From Bilabrum cf. latius (taxonomy: Eukaryota), in NCBI GenBank assembly GCA_965178125.1, contig OZ237775.1, positions 372,001 through 436,000 on the forward strand: DNA of 64,000 bases, written 5' to 3'. The notes under the pieces were generated by a model that saw only the letters and a program-made list of their open reading frames with translations, did no database searches and was not told the DNA's origin. The stretch's first letter is position 1. Every line of letters begins with the position of its first letter. Both the position numbers and the translations under genes were made by a program. Of this stretch, positions 62,629-64,000 are shown piece by piece.

Positions 62629-64000
62629 TCAGTCCCGTCCGTATTGATCCTCTGGGGCTGCGGAATACACCATGTCGTGCGCACGTTGACCGATCAAACT
62701 GCGCCACTTCTCCAGCAGAGACTACAATCGCTGTGCATCTGTTTCTGGAGCAGCGCCCTATGAACTTGCAGCTGACGACTGCCGGCCAAGTGGTGCTCCC
62801 GGTTTGCCTCCGTCCGAGTCGCTGGACTCCTGGGGTGCCTTCCGAGGCGTGTCACCGTCGTCATTGGATTTGCCACCACCTAGTCCCTTGCCCGATTCTG
62901 CCCCTGACCCCTCGCTCGTAGTTGCAACAGTTTCTGCCTTACCAGCCGATGATTCTTTGCCGCCTTCAGCACCGGTGCTAGCTGTTCTGAAGCGCACCGG
63001 AAGCAAGTCAGTGCCGTACTCCGCTGGAGGCTGGAACAAGATGCCACCGCCTTTCCAGGCTTCCCTGCCCTGCAATCCCTCGCTTTCCTCTTCCACCTTT
63101 CTGAGTCCCTCCAGATCGATGAAAGAGACCGCAGAGCCTTCCAAAATCCCAACACGGCTGGCAATCACGTCAGCTGGCTTATCCATGAAACTAGGAAGGG
63201 GCAATTCACACGGAAGGAGACCCAGCTGCTGAGCCACGTCGGCCAAAGTGCCGCCTCTGATGGGGATGCACATCCTCCTCGACTTGACCACACGTGCCAT
63301 GTGATGAGTGCCAGAGCGCACTGCAGGGTTGGTCCGTCTGCTGCTGCCAGGGTTGGCGGCGCTGGGTTGCCGACCCGTCTCCTGTATTGGAGGGGGCATG
63401 CTTTTGGATTCTGCTCCAATCGACCCTGCGGCAGCACCCGAACCCGCTGCGGTTGCCTTCGCAGGATCATTTGGTTCTCTGGCTGCTGTAGCATCACCAA
63501 TCCGAGAGTCAGTGGCGTCTCCAGGAAAGCCCCCACTCGTTTGTGCGAGATGACCTGCGTCAAGCACCTGCACATGCACTTCCATCATGCCATCGACGGC
63601 TCTGGCCAGTACAGACTATAAACAAAGCTGCCCACCAGCGATTGCAGTCGTTAGGGCATCCTGGAGTTGAACACATGTACCGTCCAATTGCCTGTCCTCG
63701 CATGGCATGATGCACAGCTGCACACGAATCGGAGGCAGCTCGTGCTTCCTGTACTTGCACTCGGCGAAGAAATCACCCACAGCACTGGTGATGATCCTTG
63801 CCCCCTCAGTGATACCCAGCCCGTGCATGCCCGACCAGATGGGGATGCGGAGAACAATTTCCCGGTCGCCACTGCAAGTGGCTTGCAGAGAGTGAATGCG
63901 GCCAAGTTCACCTTCCTGTGTCTCGCAAGCGTTGCTGCTCGTGACTGTTGAAGACTCAGAAGCGATCGCCGCAGGTTCGCTCGGCTCGCTTGGTGTAAAC
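62629..64000 (-). CDS. 3' part of a tandem paralogue of the 53583..62161 gene (5' part outside the window)
   Basis: Shares GMHGLGITEGARIITSAVGDFFAECKYRKHELPPIRVQLCIMP, IPIRGGTLADVAQQLG, VIASRVGILEGS and GGILFQPPAE.GTDLLP. TAG-joined fragments; ends TGA at 62629. Confidence 0.75.

Noticed and set aside
1-64000. Interpreting the many in-frame stops as mass pseudogenisation or sequencing error
   Set aside because: The interruptions are exclusively TAG, frames are otherwise preserved over 6-8 kb, and essential genes (p44, TAF2, DNAI1) are affected.

Overview
GC-rich, gene-dense eukaryotic (protist) nuclear DNA with few, short GT-AG introns. It carries an axonemal dynein intermediate chain, so the host is probably a flagellate; the composition resembles bicosoecid stramenopiles, but taxonomy is inference only. 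The ORF track looks fragmented because the genome appears to read TAG as Gln, while TAA and TGA remain stops. Consecutive ORF fragments lie in one frame, are separated only by TAG and end at TAA/TGA, and TAG aligns with CAG between paralogues. Under that code the window holds about 13 host genes: an FG-GAP protein, two ARM-like paralogues, ankyrin proteins, TFIIH p44, TAF2, a DNAI1-like chain, a ~2500-aa LRR membrane protein, gamma-glutamyltranspeptidase, and a ~2800-aa kinase-(AP)n-SIR2 protein with a tandem paralogue. The standout feature is a 3,637-bp AT-rich insertion (20333-23969) with 676/675-bp terminal inverted repeats, poly-G/poly-C ends and a 5-bp target-site duplication; its empty site survives in a neighbouring tandem duplicate. 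It encodes a virophage/Polinton-type cysteine protease, a Tlr6F-like protein and three small ORFs, four of the five using TAG as Gln. No capsid, integrase, polymerase or packaging ATPase is recognisable, so it looks like a miniature, non-autonomous virophage/Polinton-like element adapted to the host code. All translations and alignments were done by eye and need computational confirmation.
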